Source: an uncultured Gemmatimonadales bacterium (GTDB lineage: Bacteria; Gemmatimonadota; Gemmatimonadetes; Longimicrobiales; RSA9). From it: a DNA stretch of 64,000 nt. Below the pieces are notes generated by a model that did no database searches, was not told where the DNA came from, and saw only the letters and a program-made list of their open reading frames with translations. The stretch lies in contig CAWCUS010000002.1 of NCBI GenBank assembly GCA_963798845.1, positions 736,001-800,000 on the forward strand. The letters run 5' to 3'. Below, piece by piece: positions 29,892 through 39,358 of the stretch (position 1 is the stretch's first letter; each line of letters starts with the position of its first letter). The position numbers and the translations under genes were made by a program.

Positions 29892-30854
29892 CTAGTCCAG
29901 CACGCGGGCGACGGCGCCCCTCTCCTCCACCAGGGAGCGGAAGTGAGGGATGGTCTTCTGGAGCCCCTCGGCCAGATCCACGCTCGGCTCCCACGACAGC
30001 GCCTCCCGGGCGCGCGTGATGTCGGGGCGGCGGACCGTAGGGTCGTCCTCGGGGAGGGGAAGGTGCTCGATGCTCGAGCGGCTGCCGGTCAGCTCGATGA
30101 CCTTCTCCGCCAGCTCCAGGATCGTGAACTCGCCCGGGTTGCCGACGTTCACGGGGTCCGTGACCTCGGACATGAACAGCCGGTAGATCCCGTCCACCTC
30201 GTCGTCGACGTAGCAGAAGGAGCGTGTCTGGGAACCGTCGCCGTAGACGGTGAGCGGCTCGCCGCGCAGCGCCTGGACGATGAAGTTGGACACCACTCGC
30301 CCGTCGCCCGGACGCATGCGTGGGCCGTACGTGTTGAAGATCCGGACGATGCGGGTGTCGACGCCGTGGAAGCGGTGGTAGGCCATGGTCATGGCCTCCG
30401 CGAAGCGCTTCGCCTCGTCGTACACGCCACGCGGGCCGATCGGGTTCACGTTCCCCCAGTACGTCTCGGTCTGGGGGTGGACCAGCGGGTCCCCGTACAC
30501 TTCGGACGTGGAGGCAAGGAGGTAGCGGGCCCCCTTGGCTTTCGCCAGGCCGAGCGTCTTGTGCGTGCCGAGGCTTCCCACCTTCAGTGTGGGGATCGGC
30601 ATCTCCAGGTAGTCCACCGGGCTCGCAGGGCTGGCGAAGTGGAGCACACCGTCCAGGTCACCGTTCACGTGGATGTAGTCCACCACGTTGTACTCCACGA
30701 ACGCGAAGCGGGGATGGCCGAAGAGGTGACCGAGGTTGTCCGGGTGACCGGTGATGAAGTTGTCCATGCCGAGCACCCGGTGGCCCCCGGCGATGAACCG
30801 GTCGCACAGGTGGGAGCCGAGGAACCCCGCCGCCCCCGTGATCAGAACGCGCAT
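29892..30854 (-). CDS. uxs: UDP-glucuronic acid decarboxylase (UDP-xylose synthase)
   Basis: [63 protein letters not shown]. Confidence 0.93.
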   Translation of the reverse strand: MRVLITGAAGFLGSHLCDRFIAGGHRVLGMDNFITGHPDNLGHLFGHPRFAFVEYNVVDYIHVNGDLDGVLHFASPASPVDYLEMPIPTLKVGSLGTHKTLGLAKAKGARYLLASTSEVYGDPLVHPQTETYWGNVNPIGPRGVYDEAKRFAEAMTMAYHRFHGVDTRIVRIFNTYGPRMRPGDGRVVSNFIVQALRGEPLTVYGDGSQTRSFCYVDDEVDGIYRLFMSEVTDPVNVGNPGEFTILELAEKVIELTGSRSSIEHLPLPEDDPTVRRPDITRAREALSWEPSVDLAEGLQKTIPHFRSLVEERGAVARVLD

Positions 30855-30864
30855 GGTTTGCCCA

Positions 30865-30917
30865 TCCTTCGTGCCCCTTCGTGTGATCGTGCCTTCGCGG
30901 GCTCGTGCCTCGCGTGC
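30865..30917 (-). repeat. Degenerate short tandem GCACGA/CACGAAGG repeats
   Basis: Minus strand reads GCACGCGA GGCACGA GCCCGCGAA GGCACGA TCACACGAAGG GGCACGAAGG, between the epimerase stop and the uxs start. Confidence 0.55.
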
Positions 30918-31907
30918 TCACCGACCCACCGCCACCCTCGTCTCCCGGTTCTCCTTCAGCCATGCGACGAAGCGCGGGATCCCCTCCTCCACCGGCACGG
31001 AGGGGTCGTAGCCGAGCAGCTTCCGGGCCTTCGTCACGTCCGCGTAAGTGCGGCGCACGTCGCCCGGCTGCATCGGGAGCCGCTCGATCTCCGGCTTCAC
31101 GCCCAGCGCGTCCGCCAGGAGCTCGATCAGCCGACGCAGCTCCGTGGTGCGGCTCTCGCCCAGGTTGATGATCTCGAACTCGTCCGGGTGCGTCCGCGTT
31201 CGGTCCACCGCCGCCACCACGCCCTCCAGGATGTCGTCCACCCACGTGTAATCCCGCTCCGTGGTGCCGTCGCCGAACACGGGGATCGGCTTCCCCAACA
31301 GCATGCGCGTCGCGAACTTGCGGATGGCCAGGTCCGGCCGCTGGCGGGGGCCGTAGACCGTGAAGAAGCGGAGCGACAGCACGCCGATGCCGTGCAGATG
31401 GTGGTACGCGTGGCAGAGGAGCTCGCCCGCGCGCTTGGTGGCGGCGTAGGGTGAGATCGGGCGCTCTACCGGGTCGTCCTCCGAGAACGGGACTTTCGGG
31501 TTGTTGCCGTACACCGAGGAGGAGCCGCCGAACACGAGCCGGGTGATCTCCCGCCGCCGCATCAGCTCCAGGATCGACTGCGTGGCCGTCAGGTTCGAGC
31601 GCGCGTAGGCCATCGGGTCCTCGATGGACGGACGCACCCCCGCCTTCGCGGCCAGGTGCACCACCACGTCGATGCCCTCGCCCTCCAGCGCCGACTCGAG
31701 AGCCTCGAGCTCCGCGCAGTCGGCCTCCAGCAGCGAGAAGGCCGGGTTGGCCAGCGCACGCGCCAGGTTTTCACGCTTCTCGGCCGGAGAGTAGAATGGA
31801 TCGAAGTTGTCCACGCCGATGACACGGGCGCCTTCGTCCAGGAGCCGCTCGGTGAGGAGGCTGCCGATGAAACCCGCTGCGCCTGTCACGAGGACGCGTT
31901 CAGCCAT
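30918..31907 (-). CDS. NAD-dependent epimerase (UDP-glucuronate 4-epimerase-like)
   Basis: GAAGFIGS, HLAAKAGVRPS, SSSVYG, PISPYAATK, LRFFTVYGPRQRPDLA, MQPGDV..TYAD. Confidence 0.9.
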   Translation of the reverse strand: MAERVLVTGAAGFIGSLLTERLLDEGARVIGVDNFDPFYSPAEKRENLARALANPAFSLLEADCAELEALESALEGEGIDVVVHLAAKAGVRPSIEDPMAYARSNLTATQSILELMRRREITRLVFGGSSSVYGNNPKVPFSEDDPVERPISPYAATKRAGELLCHAYHHLHGIGVLSLRFFTVYGPRQRPDLAIRKFATRMLLGKPIPVFGDGTTERDYTWVDDILEGVVAAVDRTRTHPDEFEIINLGESRTTELRRLIELLADALGVKPEIERLPMQPGDVRRTYADVTKARKLLGYDPSVPVEEGIPRFVAWLKENRETRVAVGR

Positions 31908-32059
31908 AGAATCTCGCCGGAGCACGGTTCCCATTTTACCAGGACGGCACGACTCGCTTCCCGGGTGACAAGGCAAAGCGAGACGTGGTCCGGAGGCAAC
32001 CTACGGGTCGCCGGAACAAAGGAAAAGCATACGATGACGTTCAACCATGCGAGGCTGCA

Positions 32060-33169
32060 GTGAGCGTTCCCCTGCTGGACCTGCAGGCGCAATACCGGAG
32101 CATGTCGGGAGAGCTGGATGCGGCAGTGGCGGCGGTGGTGCAGTCGCAGCGATTCATCCTGGGCGAGCCGGTGGAGCGGCTCGAGGCGGAGCTCGCCGAG
32201 CGCGTGGGCGTCCCCCACGCCGTGGGCTGCGCCAGCGGCACGGACGCGATCCTGCTCGCGCTGAAAGGGCTGCAGCTCGACCCGGGAGACGAGGTGGTGG
32301 TTCCGGCCTTCACCTTCTTCGCCACGGCGGGCGCGGTGTGGAACGCAGGACTCCGCCCGGTCTTCGCCGACATCGACGGCGGGACGTTCAACCTCACGGC
32401 GGACACGATCGAGGCTGCGCTCACGCCGCGCACCCGCGCCATCGTGGTCGTCCACCTGTTCGGGCAGATGGCCGTCATGCCGCCCATCCTCGCGCTCGCG
32501 GAGCGGCACGGGCTGGCGGTCGTGGAGGACGCCGCGCAGTCCATCGACGCCGCGCAGCGCGTGGACGACGAGTGGCGCGCGGCCGGCTCGCTCGGCACTG
32601 CGGGCGCCTTCTCCTTCTTCCCGACCAAGAACCTGGGGGGCTTCGGGGACGGCGGCCTCATGACCACCCGCGACGGAGCGCTTGCGGACCGGCTCCGCAA
32701 GCTGCGCGTGCACGGCGGTCGGCAGATGTACCACCACGAGATGGTGGGGACCAACTCGCGGCTGGATGCGATCCAGGCGGCCGTCCTCCTGGCCAAGCTG
32801 CCGCACCTGGACCGGTGGACGGAGGCCAGGCGCGCGCACGCGGCCCGCTACGATGCGGCGTTGGCCGGCGCCGACGGGATACGCCCCCCGGTCACGCTGG
32901 ACCGGAACCGCCACGTGTACAATCAGTACACGATCCGCTGCGACGACCGGGGCGCGGTGAAGGCGGCGCTCGACGCAGCCGGCGTGGGGGCGGGCATCTA
33001 CTACCCGGTCCCCCTCCACTTGCAGGAGTGCTTCCGCGCGCTGGGATACGGCACCGGCGACTTCCCCGTGTCCGAGCGGGCGTGCGAGCAGGTACTTTCC
33101 TTGCCAGTGTATCCGGAGCTGGCGGAAGCGCAGCAGGACGAAGTGATCCGGGCCGTGACCCGGGCGTAG
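32060..33169 (+). CDS. DegT/DnrJ/EryC1/StrS aminotransferase
   Basis: VPLLDL, FILG, SGTDA, EDAAQ, SFFPTKNLG.FGDGG, NSRLD, YYPVPLHLQ, LSLPVYP. Confidence 0.93.
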   Translation: MSVPLLDLQAQYRSMSGELDAAVAAVVQSQRFILGEPVERLEAELAERVGVPHAVGCASGTDAILLALKGLQLDPGDEVVVPAFTFFATAGAVWNAGLRPVFADIDGGTFNLTADTIEAALTPRTRAIVVVHLFGQMAVMPPILALAERHGLAVVEDAAQSIDAAQRVDDEWRAAGSLGTAGAFSFFPTKNLGGFGDGGLMTTRDGALADRLRKLRVHGGRQMYHHEMVGTNSRLDAIQAAVLLAKLPHLDRWTEARRAHAARYDAALAGADGIRPPVTLDRNRHVYNQYTIRCDDRGAVKAALDAAGVGAGIYYPVPLHLQECFRALGYGTGDFPVSERACEQVLSLPVYPELAEAQQDEVIRAVTRA

Positions 33170-33190
33170 AAACCTCGAACACGGAATACA

Positions 33191-34525
33191 ATGCACGTTT
33201 CGGTGATCGGGACCGGGTACGTCGGCCTCGTGGTGGGCGCCGGGCTGGCGGAAATGGGGAACGACGTGATCTGCGCGGACATCGATGAGCGCAAGGTCGC
33301 CATGCTCGCCGCGGGCGAGGTCCCCATCTACGAGCCAGGGCTGGGCACCCTGGTAACGCGCAACCTCGAAGAGGGGCGCCTCACCTTCACCACCGACCTA
33401 CCCCACGCCGTCCGGGAGTCGGACATCATCTTCATCGCGGTGGGCACGCCCGAAGGCGAGGACGGCAGCGCCGACCTCCAGCACGTGCTCGACGTGGCCT
33501 CCGTCATCGGGCGGCACATGAACGGGGAGAAGGTGGTGACCACCAAGAGCACGGTCCCGGTCGGCACGGCGGCGAAGGTCCGGGCCGCGATCGAGGCGGA
33601 GACGCAACACGCGGTGCACGTCTGCTCCAACCCGGAGTTCCTCAAGGAGGGCGCCGCGGTGGACGACTTCATGAAGCCGGATCGCGTCGTCATCGGCGTG
33701 GACTCGGAAGTCGCCAGGCAGGCGCTGGGAGAGCTGTACGCGCCGTTCGTCCGCACGGGGAACCCGGTGATCTTCATGGACATCGCCTCCGCGGAGATCA
33801 CCAAGTACGCGGCCAACGCCATGCTGGCCACGCGCATCTCCTTCATGAACATGGTCTCGCGCCTGTGTGCCGCCGTGGGCGCCGACGTGGACAAGGTGCG
33901 CCAGGGCGTGGGCACCGACGACCGCATCGGCTCCTCCTTCCTCTTCGCCGGCGTGGGCTACGGCGGGAGCTGCTTCCCGAAGGACGTGAAGGCGCTCATC
34001 CGAACGCTGCAGGAGCACGGCGTGGACTCGGGCATCCTGGACGCGGTGGAGGCGCTGAACGCGGGGCAGAAGCGCCTGATCCTCGACGCCGTGGAAGAGC
34101 GCTTCGGTGCCGACCTCTCCGGGCGAACCTTCGGCATCTGGGGCATGGCCTTCAAAGCCGGCACCGACGACATGAGAGAAGCCACCTCGCTCGTCGTCAT
34201 CGAGGGGCTCCTGGAGCGCGGAGCGCGCGTCCAGGCGCACGACCCGGAAGCGATGGACAACGCACGCCGCTGGTTCGGCGATCGCGTCCTGTTCACCCAG
34301 AGCAACTACGACGCGCTCCACCAGGCGGACGCGCTGCTCATCCTCACCGAGTGGCAGCCGTACCGCCGCCCGGACTTCGAACGGATGCGCAACCTGCTCA
34401 CGTCGCCGGTGGTGCTCGACGGACGAAACCTCTTCAACCCGGAGAGGATGGAGAGCCTCGGGTTCGACTACTGGAGCGTGGGGCGCCGGGGCGTGACGCA
34501 GACCGGGAAGCGCGTCCCCGTCTGA
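33191..34525 (+). CDS. ugd: UDP-glucose 6-dehydrogenase
   Basis: GTGYVG, PIYEPGL, IAVGTP, KSTVPVGT, SNPEFLKEG, GYGGSCFPKD, AFKAGTDDMRE. Confidence 0.95.
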   Translation: MHVSVIGTGYVGLVVGAGLAEMGNDVICADIDERKVAMLAAGEVPIYEPGLGTLVTRNLEEGRLTFTTDLPHAVRESDIIFIAVGTPEGEDGSADLQHVLDVASVIGRHMNGEKVVTTKSTVPVGTAAKVRAAIEAETQHAVHVCSNPEFLKEGAAVDDFMKPDRVVIGVDSEVARQALGELYAPFVRTGNPVIFMDIASAEITKYAANAMLATRISFMNMVSRLCAAVGADVDKVRQGVGTDDRIGSSFLFAGVGYGGSCFPKDVKALIRTLQEHGVDSGILDAVEALNAGQKRLILDAVEERFGADLSGRTFGIWGMAFKAGTDDMREATSLVVIEGLLERGARVQAHDPEAMDNARRWFGDRVLFTQSNYDALHQADALLILTEWQPYRRPDFERMRNLLTSPVVLDGRNLFNPERMESLGFDYWSVGRRGVTQTGKRVPV

Positions 34526-34577
34526 GCGCTCCGCCGCGGCGTTGATGCCGGGGTGGCGAACGACTACGTTGCACGCC

Positions 34578-35306
34578 ATGAGCAACGGTGCGCATCCGCT
34601 GATCCAGAGGGCGAGGAGCGCCATCGAGCGGCGCGACTATGTGGCCGCCCTGGCGGATCTGCGGGAGGTGGTGGAAAACTACCCGCACTTCGCGGACGTT
34701 CACCACATGCTCGGCATCTGCCTCAGCATGATGGGGCAGACCGAGGACGCCGTCGCGGAGTTCGACCGCGCCGTCGAGGCCAACCCGCACTACGTCGAGG
34801 CCCACCTCAACCGCGCCATCACCCTCAACGAGCTCGGCCGCTTCGACGAGGCCACCGAGGCGTTCGAACACGCGGCCGACGCGGAGGCGAGGGTGGGCGG
34901 CCGCTTCGCCGCGTCCGTGTCCGCCCGGATCGCCAACGCCCACGCTGCCGTCGGCGACCTCTACATGGCCGCGCGCGCGCCCGCCGACGCCGCCGAGGAG
35001 TTCAGGCGCGCGCTGGCGCTCCGCCCCACCTTCCCGGACATCCGGAACCGCCTCGGCGAGGCGCTCCTTCAGGTCGGGGATGCCGGGAGCGCGAGGACCG
35101 AGTTCGAGCGGGCGCTGGAGGCGGCGCCCACCTTCTTCCGCGCCCGCCTCAATCTCGGCCTCGCGCTCCTCCGTCTCGGCGACGCCGACGGCGCGCGCGC
35201 GGAGTGGGAGGAGTGTCGCGTCCTTCAGCCGGAGAGCCCGCAGCTGCGCGCGTTCCTGTGCCTCCTGGAACAGCCCACGGAGGAGCATGCGGGCGGCGTT
35301 GGCTGA
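34578..35306 (+). CDS. Tetratricopeptide-repeat protein (no signal peptide)
   Basis: Repeated helical TPR units (YPHFADVHHMLG, NPHYVEAHLN, PTFPDIRNRLG, ARLNLG). Confidence 0.85.
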   Translation: MSNGAHPLIQRARSAIERRDYVAALADLREVVENYPHFADVHHMLGICLSMMGQTEDAVAEFDRAVEANPHYVEAHLNRAITLNELGRFDEATEAFEHAADAEARVGGRFAASVSARIANAHAAVGDLYMAARAPADAAEEFRRALALRPTFPDIRNRLGEALLQVGDAGSARTEFERALEAAPTFFRARLNLGLALLRLGDADGARAEWEECRVLQPESPQLRAFLCLLEQPTEEHAGGVG

Positions 35307-35318
35307 GCCACGGGAGCG

Positions 35319-36275
35319 GTGAGGCGGATGCTTCGCAACCCCGCCGTCCGGCTACTGCTGGCCGTGCTGCTTCTGGCGCTCTGGGCGTGTGGCGACAACG
35401 AGTCCGCCATCGCCCGCGGTGACCGCCTGTGGGCCGACTCCAGCTTCGACGCCGCCATGGTCGAATACCGCCTGGCCGTCGCCCGGCACGGCGATGCAGA
35501 TTCGCGCGCCCGGCTCGCCCACGCCTACGCCCGCGCCAACCGCCTCGACGACGCGCGCGACGTCTACGCCGAGCTGGTGAGCGCGGAGCCGGCCTCCGGC
35601 TCGCAGGCCGCGTACGACTACCTCGCCGTCGCCCGCCGCGCCCTCCGTCGACAGGACGACTTCGGCGCCGCGTCCGCCGTCGACGCCGCCCTCGCCGTCA
35701 TGCCCGGCCTCCACCTCCCCGGCGCCGCGCTCGCCGTCGCGCGCTTCTACCGTGACCACGGCGAGCCGGAGCGCGCGCTCGACTACTACGCCCGCGCGTT
35801 GACCACGCTCCCGCCCGACTCCGCAATGCCGGTGCTGTACGAGATCGGGCTGCTCGAGGAGAACCGGGACAGCTGCGACATCGCCCTGGACTACTATCGC
35901 GCGTTCCGGCTCCAGGCGGCCCGCGACCAGGCGCAGCGCTCCCGTCTCGGGGAGGCCACGTGGCACACGGGGAACTGCTCCTTCCGGCTGGCGCAGCAGG
36001 CGAGAGACGCGGGCGATGCGCAGGAGGCGCTCCAGCACCTGGACACGATGATCCGCCTCGGAGAGCCGGAGAACCTGCTCGACCAGGCGTGGTTCGAGCG
36101 CGGAGAGATCCTGTACGCCACCGGCCGCTTCCAGGACGCCCTGGCCTCGTACCGCGAGGTCCTCGAGCGGAGCCCCGCCCGCACCGGTCAGCTGGTCGAG
36201 CGTGCGCAGGAGCGCATCGACGCGATCCGCTTCGGGCCCCAGCCCGCGGACACCGCCCCTCCGGTTCCACGCTAG
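35319..36275 (+). CDS. TPR-containing lipoprotein
   Basis: Lipobox LWAC after a hydrophobic stretch; TPR units (AWFERGEILY..GRFQDALASYREVL). Confidence 0.75.
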   Translation: MRRMLRNPAVRLLLAVLLLALWACGDNESAIARGDRLWADSSFDAAMVEYRLAVARHGDADSRARLAHAYARANRLDDARDVYAELVSAEPASGSQAAYDYLAVARRALRRQDDFGAASAVDAALAVMPGLHLPGAALAVARFYRDHGEPERALDYYARALTTLPPDSAMPVLYEIGLLEENRDSCDIALDYYRAFRLQAARDQAQRSRLGEATWHTGNCSFRLAQQARDAGDAQEALQHLDTMIRLGEPENLLDQAWFERGEILYATGRFQDALASYREVLERSPARTGQLVERAQERIDAIRFGPQPADTAPPVPR

Positions 36276-36277
36276 CC

Positions 36278-37480
36278 ATGAGAACGGCGGATTTCCTCGT
36301 CATCGGCGGGGGGATCGTCGGCATCGCCGTCGCGCTCGAAGCCGCCCGCCGGAACCCCGGCAGCCACGTCGTGCTCCTCGAGAAGGAGGAAGACGTCGCG
36401 CGCCACGCCAGCGGCCGGAACAGCGGCGTCCTCCACGCCGGTCTCTACTATCCGGCCGGCTCGCTGAAAGCGCGCTTCGCCCGGGAAGGGAACCGTCGGC
36501 TGACCGAGTACTGCACGGAGCGAGGGCTGCCGATCAACCGCTGCGGCAAGCTCGTCGTCGCCCGCGACGATGCAGAGCAGGAAGGGCTCCAGGAGCTGCT
36601 CCGGCGCGGGCGCGGCAACGGCGTCGCTCTCGAGGAGGTGGACGAGCAGGCCGCGCGCCAGCTCGATCCCGCCGCCCGCGTCCGCGGCCGCGCCCTCTTC
36701 TCGCCGGCGACCTCGTCCTTGGACCCGGGCGCCGTGGTCCGCGCCCTGGCCGACGATTCCCGGGCGCTGGGCGTCGAGCTCCGCACGGGCGAGGAGGTGG
36801 TCGGGGGCGGGGACGGAGACGGGGTGCGCACTCGCCGCGAGCGCTGGTCGGCCGGGTACGTCGTCAACGCCGCGGGCGCATACGCCGACCGCGTCGCCGG
36901 CTGGTTCGGCTTCGGCGAAGGCTACCGCATCCTCCCGTTCAAGGGACGGTACCTGCGCGCGGCGGCGCCGGTGCAGCTCCGCCGGCACATCTATCCTGTC
37001 CCCGACCTCCGATACCCGTTCCTCGGTGTCCATTTCACCGTGGCGGTGAACGGCGACGTCTGGATCGGTCCGACGGCCACGCCCGTGCTCGGGAAGGAGC
37101 AGTACCGGACGACTCACCTGGCCGCCGGTGAGGCGGTGGTGAACGCGTGGAGGCTGGGCTTTCTCCTGACTTCCCCCCATAATTCGGGGCTGCGCCGCCT
37201 TGCGGTGAAGGAGATCCGGCGGCATTCTCGCCGGGCGCTGGTGGCGGAAGCGGGGACGCTGGCGCGGGGGTTGCCCCCGGCGCGGAGGTGGGAGCCGCTG
37301 CGTCCCGGGATCCGCGCGCAGCTGGTGGACACGCGGACGTGGAAACTCGTGGACGATTTCGTGTACGAGGCCGACGACCGCTCGCTGCACGTGCTCAATG
37401 CGGTCTCGCCCGGGTTCACGTGCGCGTTCCCCCTGGCCGAGCACCTGCTGGACATCATCGACGGGAAGCGGGAGACGTGA
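36278..37480 (+). CDS. lhgO: L-2-hydroxyglutarate oxidase family FAD-dependent oxidoreductase
   Basis: IGGGIVG, EKE...HASGRNSGVLHAGLYY..GSLKA, IYPVPD..PFLGVHFT, GPTA, HVLNAVSPG.T. Confidence 0.9.
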   Translation: MRTADFLVIGGGIVGIAVALEAARRNPGSHVVLLEKEEDVARHASGRNSGVLHAGLYYPAGSLKARFAREGNRRLTEYCTERGLPINRCGKLVVARDDAEQEGLQELLRRGRGNGVALEEVDEQAARQLDPAARVRGRALFSPATSSLDPGAVVRALADDSRALGVELRTGEEVVGGGDGDGVRTRRERWSAGYVVNAAGAYADRVAGWFGFGEGYRILPFKGRYLRAAAPVQLRRHIYPVPDLRYPFLGVHFTVAVNGDVWIGPTATPVLGKEQYRTTHLAAGEAVVNAWRLGFLLTSPHNSGLRRLAVKEIRRHSRRALVAEAGTLARGLPPARRWEPLRPGIRAQLVDTRTWKLVDDFVYEADDRSLHVLNAVSPGFTCAFPLAEHLLDIIDGKRET

Positions 37481-38247
37481 AGAGAAAGTTCGGGTTGATG
37501 GGCAGGGGCCCGCGGCGCGCCCTCTGGCCCCTGCTGGCGGCCGTGGCAGCGCTGAGCGCCGCATGCGGCCCCAAAGCGCCGCCTCTGACGCAGATGACGC
37601 CCGAGGAGCTCTGGCTCAAGGGCGTGGACGCGTACAACGCCAGGCACTGGGACAAGGCCATCCGCTTCTTCGGCCAGTACATCACGGTCGGCGGCACGGA
37701 TCCCCGCGTCCACCAGGCCCGCTACTACACGGGCGAAGCGTACTTCAACGACCACCAGTACGTCAGCGCCGCGGGTGAGTTCACCCGCCTCGCCGGCGAC
37801 CTCGGCCGCACCGATCTGGCCGACGACGCTCGCTTCATGGCCTGCCGCGCCTACGAGGAGCTGTCACCCGATCCGCAGCTCGACCAGGAGTACACGCGCG
37901 CCGCCATCGACCACTGCCAGGCGCTGATCAACTACTTCCCCGACAGCAGCCACGCCGATCAGGCGCGCGAGATCGTCGCGAACATGCAGGAGAAGCTGGC
38001 GGCCAAGGTCTACGAGGGCGGCGAGTGGTACTTCCACCGCCGGGCGTACGACTCCGCCGTCATCTACTTCGACGTGGTGGTCAAGCAATACCCGCAGACC
38101 GAGCACGCGCCCAAAGCGCTCGCCCGCCTGATCCGGATCTACGACATCCTGGACTACCAGGACGAGCACGACCAGGCCGTGCAGCAGCTCCGGTCGCAGT
38201 ACCCGGACAGTCCGGAAGCCCGGGCGCTGGGAAGGACCGCCGCCTAG
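37477..38247 (+). CDS. bamD: Outer membrane protein assembly factor BamD-like lipoprotein
   Basis: Lipobox SAAC; TPR helices; DQEYTRAAI...LINYFPDS; KLAAK....YFHRRAYDSA; YPQT. Confidence 0.85.
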   Translation: MKRKFGLMGRGPRRALWPLLAAVAALSAACGPKAPPLTQMTPEELWLKGVDAYNARHWDKAIRFFGQYITVGGTDPRVHQARYYTGEAYFNDHQYVSAAGEFTRLAGDLGRTDLADDARFMACRAYEELSPDPQLDQEYTRAAIDHCQALINYFPDSSHADQAREIVANMQEKLAAKVYEGGEWYFHRRAYDSAVIYFDVVVKQYPQTEHAPKALARLIRIYDILDYQDEHDQAVQQLRSQYPDSPEARALGRTAA

Positions 38248-38314
38248 ACGCAGGCGAGCAGGGTACCGGAGAAGGCACCCCACATTTTCACGCGGAGGGC
38301 GCCGGCGGCAAGGC

Positions 38315-39202
38315 ATGAACCGGAACGCTCGGGGGATCATCGTCATCGGCGCCAGCGGTCAGCTCGGCCGCGAGGTCGCGGGCGCGGCCGAGGCCGCCGG
38401 GCACCGCGTCCTGGCCCTGAGCCGTCCGGACCTCGACCTGGGCGACACGCGCGCCATCCGCCCGACCATCGGGGCCCTCGACTTCGACGCGTGCGTGAAC
38501 TGCGGCGCCTACACGGCGGTGGACGCGGCCGAGCGCGACGCCGAAGCCGCCTTCCGCGTAAACGCCTACGCCGCGGAAGAGATCGCGCGCGCGTGCGCCG
38601 CGGGCGGACGGCGGCTGGTGCAGGTGAGCACCGACTACGTGTTCGATGGGGAGAGCGAAACCCCCTACCTCCCCGAAGCCCCGCCTGGCCCGATCAACGT
38701 GTACGGGGCATCGAAGCTGGCGGGCGAGGCGCTGGCCAGGCGCGCGCACCCGGACGGCACGCTGGTCGTGCGGACGTCGTCCGTGTTCGGCGTCGCGGCC
38801 GCCCGGGAAGGCGGTGGCGGGAATTTCGTCGAGACCGTGCTCCGGCTGGCACGGGAGCGGCAGGACCTGCGGGTGGTGAGCGACGCGGTGATGGCGCCCA
38901 CCTACGCGCCCGATCTCGCCCGGGCCATCCTCGCCCTCCTGGACTGCGATGCCCCCGCCGGGACCTGGCACGTGACCAACGAGGGGACCGCCAGCTGGCT
39001 CGACTTCGCCCGGGAGATCGTGACGCGCGCAGGGATCCACGCCGAGCTCCAGCCCATCACCGGCGACGAGTACCCCGCCGCCGCCCGACGGCCCAGGTTC
39101 AGCGTCCTGCACACCGGCCGGACCACCGAGCACATCGGCCCGCTGCCGCCGTGGCGGGAGGCGCTGGGCACGTACCTGCGAGAACGCGCCCGCAGCGCCT
39201 GA
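38315..39202 (+). CDS. rfbD: dTDP-4-dehydrorhamnose reductase
   Basis: GASGQLG, AYTAVDAAE, STDYVFDG, YGASKLAGE, PTY, AARRPRFSVL. Confidence 0.95.
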   Translation: MNRNARGIIVIGASGQLGREVAGAAEAAGHRVLALSRPDLDLGDTRAIRPTIGALDFDACVNCGAYTAVDAAERDAEAAFRVNAYAAEEIARACAAGGRRLVQVSTDYVFDGESETPYLPEAPPGPINVYGASKLAGEALARRAHPDGTLVVRTSSVFGVAAAREGGGGNFVETVLRLARERQDLRVVSDAVMAPTYAPDLARAILALLDCDAPAGTWHVTNEGTASWLDFAREIVTRAGIHAELQPITGDEYPAAARRPRFSVLHTGRTTEHIGPLPPWREALGTYLRERARSA

Positions 39203-39358
39203 AACGGCATCGCCGTGAGGCCGTGGGGCGTTCACGCGCCGGTGACCGGCGGTTCCGGGTGCGTCGATCGTCCGTCCTGCCGCCGTGTACGTGACGCGTC
39301 TCAGCGCGTACGTTTCCGTCTTCGTCGAAGGATGGCAGCGCGCGAACACGGGAACACG

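Noticed and set aside
28425..31454. 1009-aa plus-strand ORF
   Set aside because: It is an antisense shadow of the beta-helix, uxs and epimerase genes. It has no motifs, and long stop-free antisense frames are expected at this GC content.
31955..32020. Second GEMM riboswitch (AAGGCAAA...) upstream of degT
   Set aside because: It lacks the GNRA-capped P2 and the GCAAAGCC/P3 architecture. Only a small hairpin is supportable.
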